From: Polyangiales bacterium
Lineage (GTDB): Bacteria > Myxococcota_A > Polyangia > Polyangiales > Polyangiaceae
Assembly: GCA_038231275.1 (NCBI GenBank)
Contig: JBBRLQ010000016.1
Coordinates: forward strand, 1 to 64,000
Direction of reading: 5' to 3'
DNA: 64,000 nt
Under the pieces are notes generated by a model. The model was not told where the DNA came from. It did not search any database and worked only from the letters and a program-made list of their open reading frames with translations. Below, piece by piece: positions 19,374 to 28,348 of this stretch. Numbering within the stretch: position 1 is the stretch's first letter; each line of letters begins with the position of its first letter. The translations under genes were made by a program, and so were the position numbers.

Positions 19374-20412
19374 TGGACTCTCTCGGCGGGAGCGCGCGGA
19401 GGGCGTGCTCGATCTCGGTTTTCGTGAAATTTGCGAAAGGGATGTTGAAGTGCCCCTCCGAGAGGTAGCCCCAAATGGGACGCTCGCGGGCGAGGTCGTC
19501 GAGGAGCGGAGCGGCGGCGGCGCGCGTGGCAGGGAGCGCGTGCTCGAGGCGCTCCCGCAGGAGCGGCGCGAGGTGCGCGTTGCCGGTGCGCTGGATCACG
19601 TGGAAGAGGCTCATCAGATGATCGCCGTTCGGGCCTAGAGCGAACTCCTGGCGATCCTTCATCGCCTGGAAGCCGCCCTTCACCGGAAAGTAGTCGAAGT
19701 ACTCGACCACCTTCACGTCCAGGTGCTTCGTGAGGCCGAGCCGCTGCGCCGCTGCGCGCAAGCGCTTCTCGTTCTTCTTCAGCGCGGGGATGCGTTTGAC
19801 GAAATCCTTCCACGTCGTCGGCGCGCTGCCGCTCCACAGGGCCGCGGTGACCGTCAGCTCGCTGGGGTACATCGGGACGTGGGGGAGCCACGTGTCGACG
19901 AAGGCGACGTGATGAAGCGGATGTGGCGCGCGCTCGAGGAGGCGTAGATCGAAGAGCTCGAGTTGTTCGTCGATGGCCACCGGGCGCTCGAAGAGCCAGT
20001 GCTCGTAGCCCGGGCCAAAGATGGTTGCGGTCGAAAGGAGGAGCGTCCCGTGGTGGTGGATGCACTTGGTCGTGACGTGCGTCTCGGCGGTCGGCAGCGG
20101 GATCCAGCAGTTGATGGCCATCTCGAAATACGGGTTGGTCATCGGCTTCAGCGACACGACCGGATAATTCCGCGCGTCCAGTGAGCCAGGCGTGTTCAGG
20201 TGCGCCGCGAGCGCTCCCGTCAGGAAGGCCGGCTCACGCGACACCTGTTCCAAAACGACCGCCGCGCGACGATGCGCGGCGCGCTTGTCAGGCTCGGACC
20301 GGAAGACGCGAACCAACTCCGCGTTGGCGTCCGACACCGCACGGGTGCCTCGCGAGTCAATTACCCCGGCGAGCATGGCCATGCGTTTAGTCCTTTGGTG
20401 CCGCGGTCGCAA
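19312..20412 (-). CDS. Hypothetical protein, possibly cupin-fold metalloprotein
   Basis: Protein-like ORF with IHHHG..GYEH..PHVP; start uncertain (20412, 20382 or 20376). Confidence 0.7.
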   Translation of the reverse strand: MRPRHQRTKRMAMLAGVIDSRGTRAVSDANAELVRVFRSEPDKRAAHRRAAVVLEQVSREPAFLTGALAAHLNTPGSLDARNYPVVSLKPMTNPYFEMAINCWIPLPTAETHVTTKCIHHHGTLLLSTATIFGPGYEHWLFERPVAIDEQLELFDLRLLERAPHPLHHVAFVDTWLPHVPMYPSELTVTAALWSGSAPTTWKDFVKRIPALKKNEKRLRAAAQRLGLTKHLDVKVVEYFDYFPVKGGFQAMKDRQEFALGPNGDHLMSLFHVIQRTGNAHLAPLLRERLEHALPATRAAAAPLLDDLARERPIWGYLSEGHFNIPFANFTKTEIEHALRALPPRESNGRRLAATPNHQAHPGTHPD

Positions 20413-20492
20413 GCGCGGTTCACCGGGTTTTGATCACGCACTTCGACCACCCGACGCGGCGGCACAGACCGCCCGTAAATATCGACAATATT

Positions 20493-21668
20493 TCAATTTT
20501 TATTCACCTCAGAAAGGACCGCTGCGCCCGCGTCGTTTCGCGCCGCCACGAGGGGAACCCTGATGCGCTGTGCCCGGCGGAGGAACGGCACCTCCACGAC
20601 CTTGTAGAGAATGTACCCGGCCAAGAGGCCCGCGCCAAAGCGCAGACCGAGAACCAACAAGGTTGGAACGCCGAGGCTGACCATGACGCGCTTGCTGACA
20701 ATGAACGCGACGTTGTGAACGAGGTAGACGCCGTAGCTGATTTCTCCGAGGCGCACGAGCGGCCGAACCCAGGTCATGCGGGCCAAGGCGCCGCGCATTT
20801 CCAGCCGCAGAACCCAGTGTAGGAGGACGAAGAACGACGCGGTGATGACGAACGACTGGAGCGGCTGGGGCAAGAGCGCGCCGGCGACGACCGCGCAGAG
20901 GAACAAGGACAACGAGCTGGACCACTCCGGCAGCTTCGTGATGCCGCGATGCGACTCGGCGGCGAGCGCGCCAAGAGTCCACGCGAACCAGTACGCCGGC
21001 GCCACGGACGTCCACATGATGACGTAGGACCGCGGTAGAAATCCAATCGCGGCGAGCCACGCCGCGTTTACTACGAGGACCAGCGCGAGGGTACCCACCC
21101 AGCCGCGCCGCCGACGAAGCGCCAGGAGCGGGAAATAGAGCAGATAGAGCTGCTCCTCGAGCGCGAGGGACCACAGGGGCGGGTTGCCGATTCGCGTACC
21201 GGCATCGTTGAGATTTTGCGCGAGCAGGGCGAGCAGCACGAGATCCGTGGCGAGTTGGTACCGGTCGAGCGCGACACCGGTGAATCGGCCCCCGACGAGC
21301 GTGAGCGCGACGGAGCCGATCACGACGACGATGTAAGGCGGGTATAGCCGCACCAGGCGCCGCTTCCAGAAGGCGACGAACGGCACGGTCAGGGTCTTGT
21401 CTCCCCGGCGCGCCCACCGCGTGTGAATACAGTACCCGGAGATCACGAGAAACAGCTGTACGCCGTAGTGACCGTGCGCCATGGCGTCGGCGAGCCATCG
21501 CGGCGGAAAGACCGCCCCCCCTCCGCCCTCCATTCCCGCCAGAGAGAACGGCAGGTGGGCGATCATCACCATGAGGACCGCGAGGCCGCGTAAGAGATCG
21601 ACGGCGACGGAGCGATCCGGGGAATGGGCGGGCGGCGGGTCCTGCGGCACGATAGGTCCCGCGGGCAT
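20493..21668 (-). CDS. Acyltransferase 3 (OafA-like) membrane O-acyltransferase
   Basis: DLLRGLA, GVQLFLVISG, RRLVRLYP, WSLALEEQLY, LGEISYGVYLVH. Confidence 0.92.
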   Translation of the reverse strand: MPAGPIVPQDPPPAHSPDRSVAVDLLRGLAVLMVMIAHLPFSLAGMEGGGGAVFPPRWLADAMAHGHYGVQLFLVISGYCIHTRWARRGDKTLTVPFVAFWKRRLVRLYPPYIVVVIGSVALTLVGGRFTGVALDRYQLATDLVLLALLAQNLNDAGTRIGNPPLWSLALEEQLYLLYFPLLALRRRRGWVGTLALVLVVNAAWLAAIGFLPRSYVIMWTSVAPAYWFAWTLGALAAESHRGITKLPEWSSSLSLFLCAVVAGALLPQPLQSFVITASFFVLLHWVLRLEMRGALARMTWVRPLVRLGEISYGVYLVHNVAFIVSKRVMVSLGVPTLLVLGLRFGAGLLAGYILYKVVEVPFLRRAQRIRVPLVAARNDAGAAVLSEVNKN

Positions 21669-21798
21669 ACCGCACCTTGTGGCTTCGGCGCCTCAGAACA
21701 TTCGTTCGATTGCGCGACCCCCATTAATCGCGTAGATCCGCCGTGCCCGCCTGAATTCGTGGGGGGTGCCGCGCACCGGCAGTGGGGAAGAATTCTCA

Positions 21799-23073
21799 AT
21801 GTTTGGCATCTTCCTCACCATCGCCCTTGGCGTCGTGTTGTACGCGACCGTCTCGTCGGTCGCGACCGTCGACCCACGGCAAAAGAACATCGCCGTGGGG
21901 ATCCTCATGGCGGGCTACGCGCTTCGGATCGTCCTCCAGACGTTCATCCGCGACATCCCGTTTTTCAGCCACGGCATCGGTGGCGACAACATGTACTACG
22001 AGGAATGGGCAACGACGGTCCAGCTGATCTGGGAACACTCCGGCGTCGAATACATTGGCCAAGAGCAGTTCCCAGAAATCGGCGAGACGTCCCTGCCTGC
22101 GAACCTGTTCGGCCTCGTATTTTTTATCAACGGCGGACCCACGCGCGTGGGCTGCACCGCAGTTGTTGCACTGGCCGCCTGCCTGACGTGCTTCAACCTC
22201 TACAGGCTCGCGTTGGAGTATGGCGCCGACGAAGCCTTCGCCGCCCGGGTGCTTGTGCTCCTCCTCTTTGGCCCGGCGTTCCTCATGTACACCTCCGAGA
22301 TGTACAAGGACGGCCTCGTGGCGTTCTTCGTCGTGGGCGCGGTCGGCAGCGCATTTCGCCTCTCGCGCAAGTTCTCCGTCCTGCACGTGGTCATCGGAAT
22401 CATGTCACTGATCCCGCTTTGGTACGTGCGCTTCTATCTGGTCTTCGTCACCATTGGTCCTCTTCTCGTCGGCATCTCCGGACTGAACACGAAGTCGCCG
22501 ACGCGGCCGCTGATGGCCGCGCTCTTGCTGATCGCTGGGGGAATTTTTCTCGCGAGTTACACCCACGCGTTCGACCAGGCGAGCGAGAGGTTCACATCGA
22601 CCTTGGAGTTGGGTACGAGCCGCGCGGTCCTCGAGGCGAATAGTCGGCACGGCTCCGGCGTGGCGTTCGACGACGGGGGGAACCCGTACAGTGCCCTTCC
22701 GCTCAAGCTCGCCTACACGATCTTTGCGCCCTTTTTTTGGCAGTCGGGCAGCGTCGGCTTTCAGATCGGGAAGATTGACGCGTTCATTTGGTATTACCTC
22801 ATCTTCCGCGCCGTAAAGGCCGGGCGCCACCTCTTTCGGACCGACAAGGTGCGGCTCTTGATGTTCCTCGTCTTCATCGTGCCCACCACCGTGATGTACG
22901 CTCTCGGCATCGCGAACATCGGCCTCACCGTGCGTCAACGGCTGCCCATCGTGCTCTTCACGGGCACGTTGGCCGCGTTGAGTCGTAGGCGTGAGTCGTC
23001 TTCGAACGAAGGCGAATCGGAGGAGCCGGTCGGGGAAGATCACACCCACTCCGTGGCGGCCGAAGAGACCTGA
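21799..23073 (+). CDS. Polytopic membrane protein, candidate Wzy polymerase
   Basis: About 10 TM segments, GGDNMYY, YKD and NIGLTVRQR motifs; lies in a glycan locus. Confidence 0.65.
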   Translation: MFGIFLTIALGVVLYATVSSVATVDPRQKNIAVGILMAGYALRIVLQTFIRDIPFFSHGIGGDNMYYEEWATTVQLIWEHSGVEYIGQEQFPEIGETSLPANLFGLVFFINGGPTRVGCTAVVALAACLTCFNLYRLALEYGADEAFAARVLVLLLFGPAFLMYTSEMYKDGLVAFFVVGAVGSAFRLSRKFSVLHVVIGIMSLIPLWYVRFYLVFVTIGPLLVGISGLNTKSPTRPLMAALLLIAGGIFLASYTHAFDQASERFTSTLELGTSRAVLEANSRHGSGVAFDDGGNPYSALPLKLAYTIFAPFFWQSGSVGFQIGKIDAFIWYYLIFRAVKAGRHLFRTDKVRLLMFLVFIVPTTVMYALGIANIGLTVRQRLPIVLFTGTLAALSRRRESSSNEGESEEPVGEDHTHSVAAEET

Positions 23074-23087
23074 AAGCGATCGCGCGC

Positions 23088-24221
23088 CTACGTGATCGCC
23101 TGTCGTACGGCGCTCGCGAAGACATCGGCGACCACCTCCGCGGAGTAGCGCTGCTCGACAGTGGCGCGCCCCGCGGCGCCGATCTTTCCGCGAAGTTCCG
23201 GTGAACGCGCGAGCTGCTCGAGCGCTTCGACCATCCCCTCAGTCGTTCCCGCCAGATAGCCATTCGCTCCGTGCTCGACGAGATCCTTGTTCATCCCAAC
23301 CGGCGCGATGACGACCGGGCGGCCCGTCGCCATGTACTGGAGTGCTTTGAGTCCGCACTTCCCTCGCGTGAACACATCGTCCGGCAACGGCATAATACCG
23401 ACGTGCGAGGCGCCGATGTTCTCCGCCTCGCCATTCTCCGACCACGGTACGAAGACGTTTTCCGCGCCCGCGATGGGGCGGTCCGGTGCGCGATTGCAGA
23501 TCACTTTCACGACGAGGCGCCGCCGTCGTGCGAGCTGTTCGAGCGCAGCGCGCGCGTGCTCGAAGTGGGGCAGCGTGGACGTCGAGCCGCTCCATACGAT
23601 AACGAACGTGCGGTCGTCCTTGAGCTCAGGCTGAACCGGATACCGTTCTAGCTCGATGCTCGTCGGGACGACGAAGACGCGGCTCGCATCGTTGTGGCGC
23701 TTCGCGTAGTCCGCGAGGTACGCATTCCCCACCAAGACGCCGCTCGCGAGACGGCAGATGGTCGCCGTCTTTCCCCAAAAATGGAGCTTAGTGAAGAGGC
23801 CGTTTGGCCCATTCCCAGGGCCTTCAGCCCAGATCGCGTCGTCGAAATCGAAGAGCAATGGAACATCGAGCAGCGCCAGCAGTCGTTCGTAGATCGCGGG
23901 ACCGAGGAGCGCGGCTTCGCGGTAAACGATGACGCCATCGTATCGACGGGCGCGCGCGACGGCTGCAGCACGCCGCACGAAGTCGAACGACACGCGCGCA
24001 GCTTTCTCGACGTAGCGACCGCGCTGATAAATGACCCTCGTGAGACCGGGCGACTCGAACGGCAGGAAGTCGAGCGAGATTCCGCGCCGCGCCGCAACCC
24101 GCGGCGCCCATTGCTCGAGTCGAAAACGCTGACCTGGCGAGACACCCTTCGGCTTCGGCGTGAGGACGAGGAGCCGCAGCGGACGTTGCGTCGCCTCGTT
24201 CAGAAGAGTCGTTTCGACCAC
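23088..24221 (-). CDS. Glycosyltransferase family 4
   Basis: SPGQRFR, DFDDAIW, GIMPLPDD..RGKCGLKALQYMATGRP; GTG start at 24221. Confidence 0.9.
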   Translation of the reverse strand: MVETTLLNEATQRPLRLLVLTPKPKGVSPGQRFRLEQWAPRVAARRGISLDFLPFESPGLTRVIYQRGRYVEKAARVSFDFVRRAAAVARARRYDGVIVYREAALLGPAIYERLLALLDVPLLFDFDDAIWAEGPGNGPNGLFTKLHFWGKTATICRLASGVLVGNAYLADYAKRHNDASRVFVVPTSIELERYPVQPELKDDRTFVIVWSGSTSTLPHFEHARAALEQLARRRRLVVKVICNRAPDRPIAGAENVFVPWSENGEAENIGASHVGIMPLPDDVFTRGKCGLKALQYMATGRPVVIAPVGMNKDLVEHGANGYLAGTTEGMVEALEQLARSPELRGKIGAAGRATVEQRYSAEVVADVFASAVRQAIT

Positions 24222-25210
24222 GTGTCCGGCGTCTTCTCGTTGATGATCTCGAGATCGAGGTGGTACTTGAACGGCCGTGCGCCGCGTGAGCGGATCCAGT
24301 CGATCATGTTCCTCATGCCGTCCTCGAGCTTGATCTTCGGCTTGTAGTTGAGGAGCCGCCGCGCCTTGTCCGCGGAGCAGTTGGCGAGGAACACCTCCTG
24401 CGGGCGCCCGCGCGTGTACGTGATGTCGAGCTTGAAGTTGAGGAGCTTGGCGGTGAGCTCCGCCAGCTCGTTGATCGTCACGAACTCGTCGTCCGGACCG
24501 ATGTTGATGATCTGACCGACGCACGCGTCGTCGAGAGCCATTTGCTTGAGCGGCGCGACGTCGTCGGTGATGAAGCTGAAGCAGCGCTTCTGGTGGCCGT
24601 CGCCGTAGATGTACGGCTGGCGACCTTGCAGCATCATGTTGATGAAGATGCTCGCGACGTTGCGGTAAGGATCGTCGTACTTCTGCCGCGGGCCGACGAT
24701 GTTGTGCGGGACGGCGATAACCCACTCCATGCCGTGGACCTCGGCGAGGTTCTGAAGCATGAGCTCGGCGGCGTACTTTCCGATCCCGTACGGGTCCTGC
24801 GGCTTCGGCGTCATGTCCTCGGTGAAGGGCACCTTGTTCGTGCCGTACCGGGCCATCGAGGAGCACATCACGAAGCGGCGCACCTTGTTGGAGACGGCCG
24901 CCGAGATCATGCCGGTCGACGCGGTCACGATGTTCTGCGTGATCATGTGCGGCGAGAACACGGACAAGCCCTCGTAGGCCGTCGCGGCGCAGTGGTAGAC
25001 GATGTCCACGCCCTTCATGTGCTCTTTCAGCTTGCCGACGTCGTTGCAGTCGTACTGATAGAACTCGACGTTCGAGGGCACGTTGTCGAGATAGCCGCCG
25101 ATCATGTTGTCGCAGCCGACCACTTGGTGACCGTCTGCGAGGAAGGCGTCCGCGAGGTGGCTTCCGAGAAAGCCTGCGACTCCGGAGATGAAAATCTTCT
25201 GCTTCTCCAC
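24200..25210 (-). CDS. NAD-dependent epimerase/dehydratase
   Basis: SGVAGFLGS, SSMARYG, PYGIGK (YxxxK). Confidence 0.93.
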   Translation of the reverse strand: MEKQKIFISGVAGFLGSHLADAFLADGHQVVGCDNMIGGYLDNVPSNVEFYQYDCNDVGKLKEHMKGVDIVYHCAATAYEGLSVFSPHMITQNIVTASTGMISAAVSNKVRRFVMCSSMARYGTNKVPFTEDMTPKPQDPYGIGKYAAELMLQNLAEVHGMEWVIAVPHNIVGPRQKYDDPYRNVASIFINMMLQGRQPYIYGDGHQKRCFSFITDDVAPLKQMALDDACVGQIINIGPDDEFVTINELAELTAKLLNFKLDITYTRGRPQEVFLANCSADKARRLLNYKPKIKLEDGMRNMIDWIRSRGARPFKYHLDLEIINEKTPDTWSKRLF

Positions 25211-25350
25211 GAATGCCTCCGTCGACCCTTAGTGGCACTGAACAGGAAAGGCATTCAGCGCAGGGGCGAACGGCCCTGTCTACCCCTCATCGAGGCGGAT
25301 TTCCAGCTCCTCGAGGCAAATTCCCGGCCGCGCTTTCGTGGTGCACGTTT

Positions 25351-26490
25351 TCAGCGCCTGCGACTGCTTCGCGCCAGGAGCTGCTCATACATCCTGAGCG
25401 TCTGGTCGACCACGCTCCCCACCGAGAATTCGGCGACCGCGATGTCCCGACCTCGCGCGCCCATCGCAACCCGCAGAGAGGGGTGGTCGGCCAACCGGGC
25501 CAGCGCCCGAGCAATCGCTTCGGGGTCCTTGATGGGCACGAGGAGCCCGTTTTCGCCGTCGCGCACGACGTCGCGGCAGCCGGGCGTATCCGTCGTGACA
25601 ATCGGTCTGCCGGCGGCCGCTGCCTCGATGAGCGCTTTCGAGAGTCCCTCACGGTACGAAGGCAGGCACACCGCATGTGCGGACCGCAGCTGCTCGGGCA
25701 TGTCCGTTCGCTCGCCCAACCAGTCGACGAGCCCCTCGCGCTCCCAGCGGCGCAGCTCCGCCTCGTTGATGGTCGCGGGGTTCCCGCGATCGGTCGGACC
25801 GATGAGTCGAATGCGCACGACGACGCCGCGCGCTCGTAACAACCGCGACGCCTGAACTAGCTCACGCACGCCCTTGTCGACGAGCATCCGCCCCGGGAAA
25901 ACCACGGTAAAGACCCCCTCGGGCTCCGGTCCCGGCCGGAAGAGAGAGAGGTCTACGCCTGACCCCCGTATCAGGACCGTGTCGTCTGGGCGCACAAGAC
26001 CGCGATCGACGAACGCGGCGCGATCGAACTCGTTCTGGAATATGACGCGGACGTTACGGTGACGGAACGCCACACGATACGCGGCGCGCGCCACGACGCG
26101 ACGGGCGCTGGCGACTGGCCCTCGCGAGAGGAACACGTAACCCAGCCCACTCACCGCGTGTACGACTGCCGGGACGTCGCAGAGACGACTCGCCAGGCCT
26201 CCGTAGAGCACCGGCTTGATCGTGACGTGATGGGCGAGGTCCGGTTCGAGCGTCCTGTAGAGCCGAAGAAGCGAGCGGACGCTGAGCAGCTCCTCCCACG
26301 GACGCGCAGAGCTTCGGCGGAGGGGGATGCGGTGAAAGGTCATTCCCTCGCGCGCGATGGCCGTCACGCCGTCCCCGTCAGCCGCCGCAACGTGGACGTC
26401 GTGACCTCGTGCCAGCGCCGCCACACCGATCGGCAGTCGGTGGGAGACGAAAAAATCGGGATTGTTCACGACGAACAGGATCTTGGCCAT
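25351..26490 (-). CDS. Glycosyltransferase family 4 (PglA/WbnH-like)
   Basis: FFVSHRL, HHVTIKPVLYG, GSGVD, RMLVDKG, PSYREGLSKALIEAAA. Confidence 0.92.
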   Translation of the reverse strand: MAKILFVVNNPDFFVSHRLPIGVAALARGHDVHVAAADGDGVTAIAREGMTFHRIPLRRSSARPWEELLSVRSLLRLYRTLEPDLAHHVTIKPVLYGGLASRLCDVPAVVHAVSGLGYVFLSRGPVASARRVVARAAYRVAFRHRNVRVIFQNEFDRAAFVDRGLVRPDDTVLIRGSGVDLSLFRPGPEPEGVFTVVFPGRMLVDKGVRELVQASRLLRARGVVVRIRLIGPTDRGNPATINEAELRRWEREGLVDWLGERTDMPEQLRSAHAVCLPSYREGLSKALIEAAAAGRPIVTTDTPGCRDVVRDGENGLLVPIKDPEAIARALARLADHPSLRVAMGARGRDIAVAEFSVGSVVDQTLRMYEQLLARSSRRR

Positions 26491-26518
26491 GTCTCGACGC
26501 CCCGACCCTGAGGCCGCT

Positions 26519-27310
26519 TCAGTATGCAGGCTTGACGACCCGGCCGCGGAGCCGCGCGAAACGCTCCCCCGCCGAGAAGTAAGCGTCTTCGGCCCTCCGG
26601 AGGAAGTCCGGCAGCCCAGCGCGAGTCTTGAAGAACGTAGTGATCGCGAAAGACGCGATCCTGCCGACGCTCTGGCGGCTTCGAATGGTGTCGACCCCGT
26701 GTCGGAGCCTTCCGTCGAAAAACACCACACTCCCGGGCGGCATGCGCGCGTCGACGTCCACCTTTGTTCCGTCGGCGCGGTGGAGGAAGAGCCCGCCATC
26801 GTCGTAGTCGACGCCCTTGTGGGTAATCGGCGCCATGTACTGCAAAATGGGTTGTTCCTGATGGCCGTCGGAATGCACGCGCATCCAGCCACTGTCGACA
26901 GGGTAGCAACTGGTCGAGATGTAGATCCCGTAGCAATCGGCCCGGTATGCGAAGCCGGCATCGGCGTCCAAGTGCTGCGCCTGGTTCCTGATGCGGTGGA
27001 TCTGCTCGCCGAGCTCGCGTGTCGGAGCGTGGGTCGGGCGATTCCAGAGGAAGTCGATATCGCGATAGAGGCAGTTCTCGGGGTTGTCGCTGAATCCGTA
27101 GAGGTTCTCTTCCCCGAGGCGCATGTTTCCGCGGATCACTCGCTGCTTGGGGCTCTGATCTGAGAAGTAGGCACGCCAGAACGCCTTCATCTCCTCGAGG
27201 GCGGCGGGATCTATGGCGCCCTCGTAGATCGCGAAGCCCTCGCGCGCGACGTCTCGCTCAACGGTCAGAGGGTCTGGGAAACAAGCGGTCAAGAGTGCCG
27301 GAGCGTCCAT
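26519..27310 (-). CDS. 2OG-Fe(II) oxygenase family protein
   Basis: HSD..DYDDGGL..VVFFDGRLRHGV..GR facial-triad pattern. Confidence 0.8.
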   Translation of the reverse strand: MDAPALLTACFPDPLTVERDVAREGFAIYEGAIDPAALEEMKAFWRAYFSDQSPKQRVIRGNMRLGEENLYGFSDNPENCLYRDIDFLWNRPTHAPTRELGEQIHRIRNQAQHLDADAGFAYRADCYGIYISTSCYPVDSGWMRVHSDGHQEQPILQYMAPITHKGVDYDDGGLFLHRADGTKVDVDARMPPGSVVFFDGRLRHGVDTIRSRQSVGRIASFAITTFFKTRAGLPDFLRRAEDAYFSAGERFARLRGRVVKPAY

Positions 27311-27403
27311 GGCGACCAAGGTCTATATCCGAGGGCCGAGCCCATCAAGGCCGCCGCGCAGTTTCCCTCTGCCGTGCTCGGCGCGCTGCCACGGCGACGG
27401 CCC

Positions 27404-28348
27404 CTACCTCTTCGGTTGCAGCTCGAGCCGAAGTGCCGTCGCAAGGATCGCCGCTTCCTCTCGCAAGACCGGGATGCCTCGGAGTCGTGGGTAGGCTAGG
27501 CCGGCGTTCGCGCAATACAGGACGTCCTCCAACGGGACGATCGGCTTGCCGGTCGCCGGACACGCCCAAATCTCGTCGGTGGGTTCCGTCAATGCCTCGG
27601 CGCTCGCGGGAGGCCGGATGACAAGCGCCACGGTTGGATTCAACGGATTGTACGAATGCACGATCGGGACACGCGCCTCCACGACGCCACCGAGGCTTGC
27701 GACGACGCCGGGGAGATCGCGAACGTAGCCAAGGCGCTCCATGCGTTGCCGCCCCTCGTCCGAGTTTTGCTCCCAACTCGGCTCGAAAAGGCAGACCCAG
27801 CGGCGCGCGACGCGAAAGAGCTCCGCCAGGGCGCCACGCTCGCGACCCCCATTGGGCTCGAGGGCATGGGACGTCCAGACCACGTCGACGCTTTTCGATC
27901 GCAGCGGGAGCGCGAACAGACTCGCGACGAACAGCTCGATTCGCTGTGCGAGCGGCGCCGGGAGCTGCCTGTCGACGTGTCCGCGGGCGACGTGCAAGCG
28001 CGACCAGCTGATGTCACAGGCGAGCACGCGCGACGCGTCCGCGAAGCAGACCGGCGCGACACGCGCGAGCGTGGTCGCTTCTCCCGTGCCGACATCAAGC
28101 ACGCTATCGGCGCCCGCCATCAGCGGCTTCAGGACGGCTGCGACGTCCGCCGAGTACGCCGACTGAACAGCCGGCTCGCGCTCTGCGAACGCGACGTAGA
28201 AGCCTGCCTGCAGATCGTAGACGATTTCGACGATCGCTTCGGTATTTCCAGATGCATCCATCTTCGCGCGCAGGTGCTCGCTGACGTTGCCGCCCGCCGC
28301 GTAGACCTCAAACGCGCTCGTCAGATCCAGGTACTTCATCCCCGTCAT
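27404..28348 (-). CDS. SAM methyltransferase with C-terminal Trm112-like domain
   Basis: YDLQAG, VLDVGTGEATT, DISWSR, HALEPNGG; C-terminal ACPATG..YPRLRGIPVL. Confidence 0.85.
   Translation of the reverse strand: MTGMKYLDLTSAFEVYAAGGNVSEHLRAKMDASGNTEAIVEIVYDLQAGFYVAFAEREPAVQSAYSADVAAVLKPLMAGADSVLDVGTGEATTLARVAPVCFADASRVLACDISWSRLHVARGHVDRQLPAPLAQRIELFVASLFALPLRSKSVDVVWTSHALEPNGGRERGALAELFRVARRWVCLFEPSWEQNSDEGRQRMERLGYVRDLPGVVASLGGVVEARVPIVHSYNPLNPTVALVIRPPASAEALTEPTDEIWACPATGKPIVPLEDVLYCANAGLAYPRLRGIPVLREEAAILATALRLELQPKR

Noticed and set aside
23088..25238. 716-aa ORF as a fusion or frameshifted gene
   Set aside because: The N-terminal half is an off-frame overlap of the epimerase; the glycosyltransferase starts near 24221.
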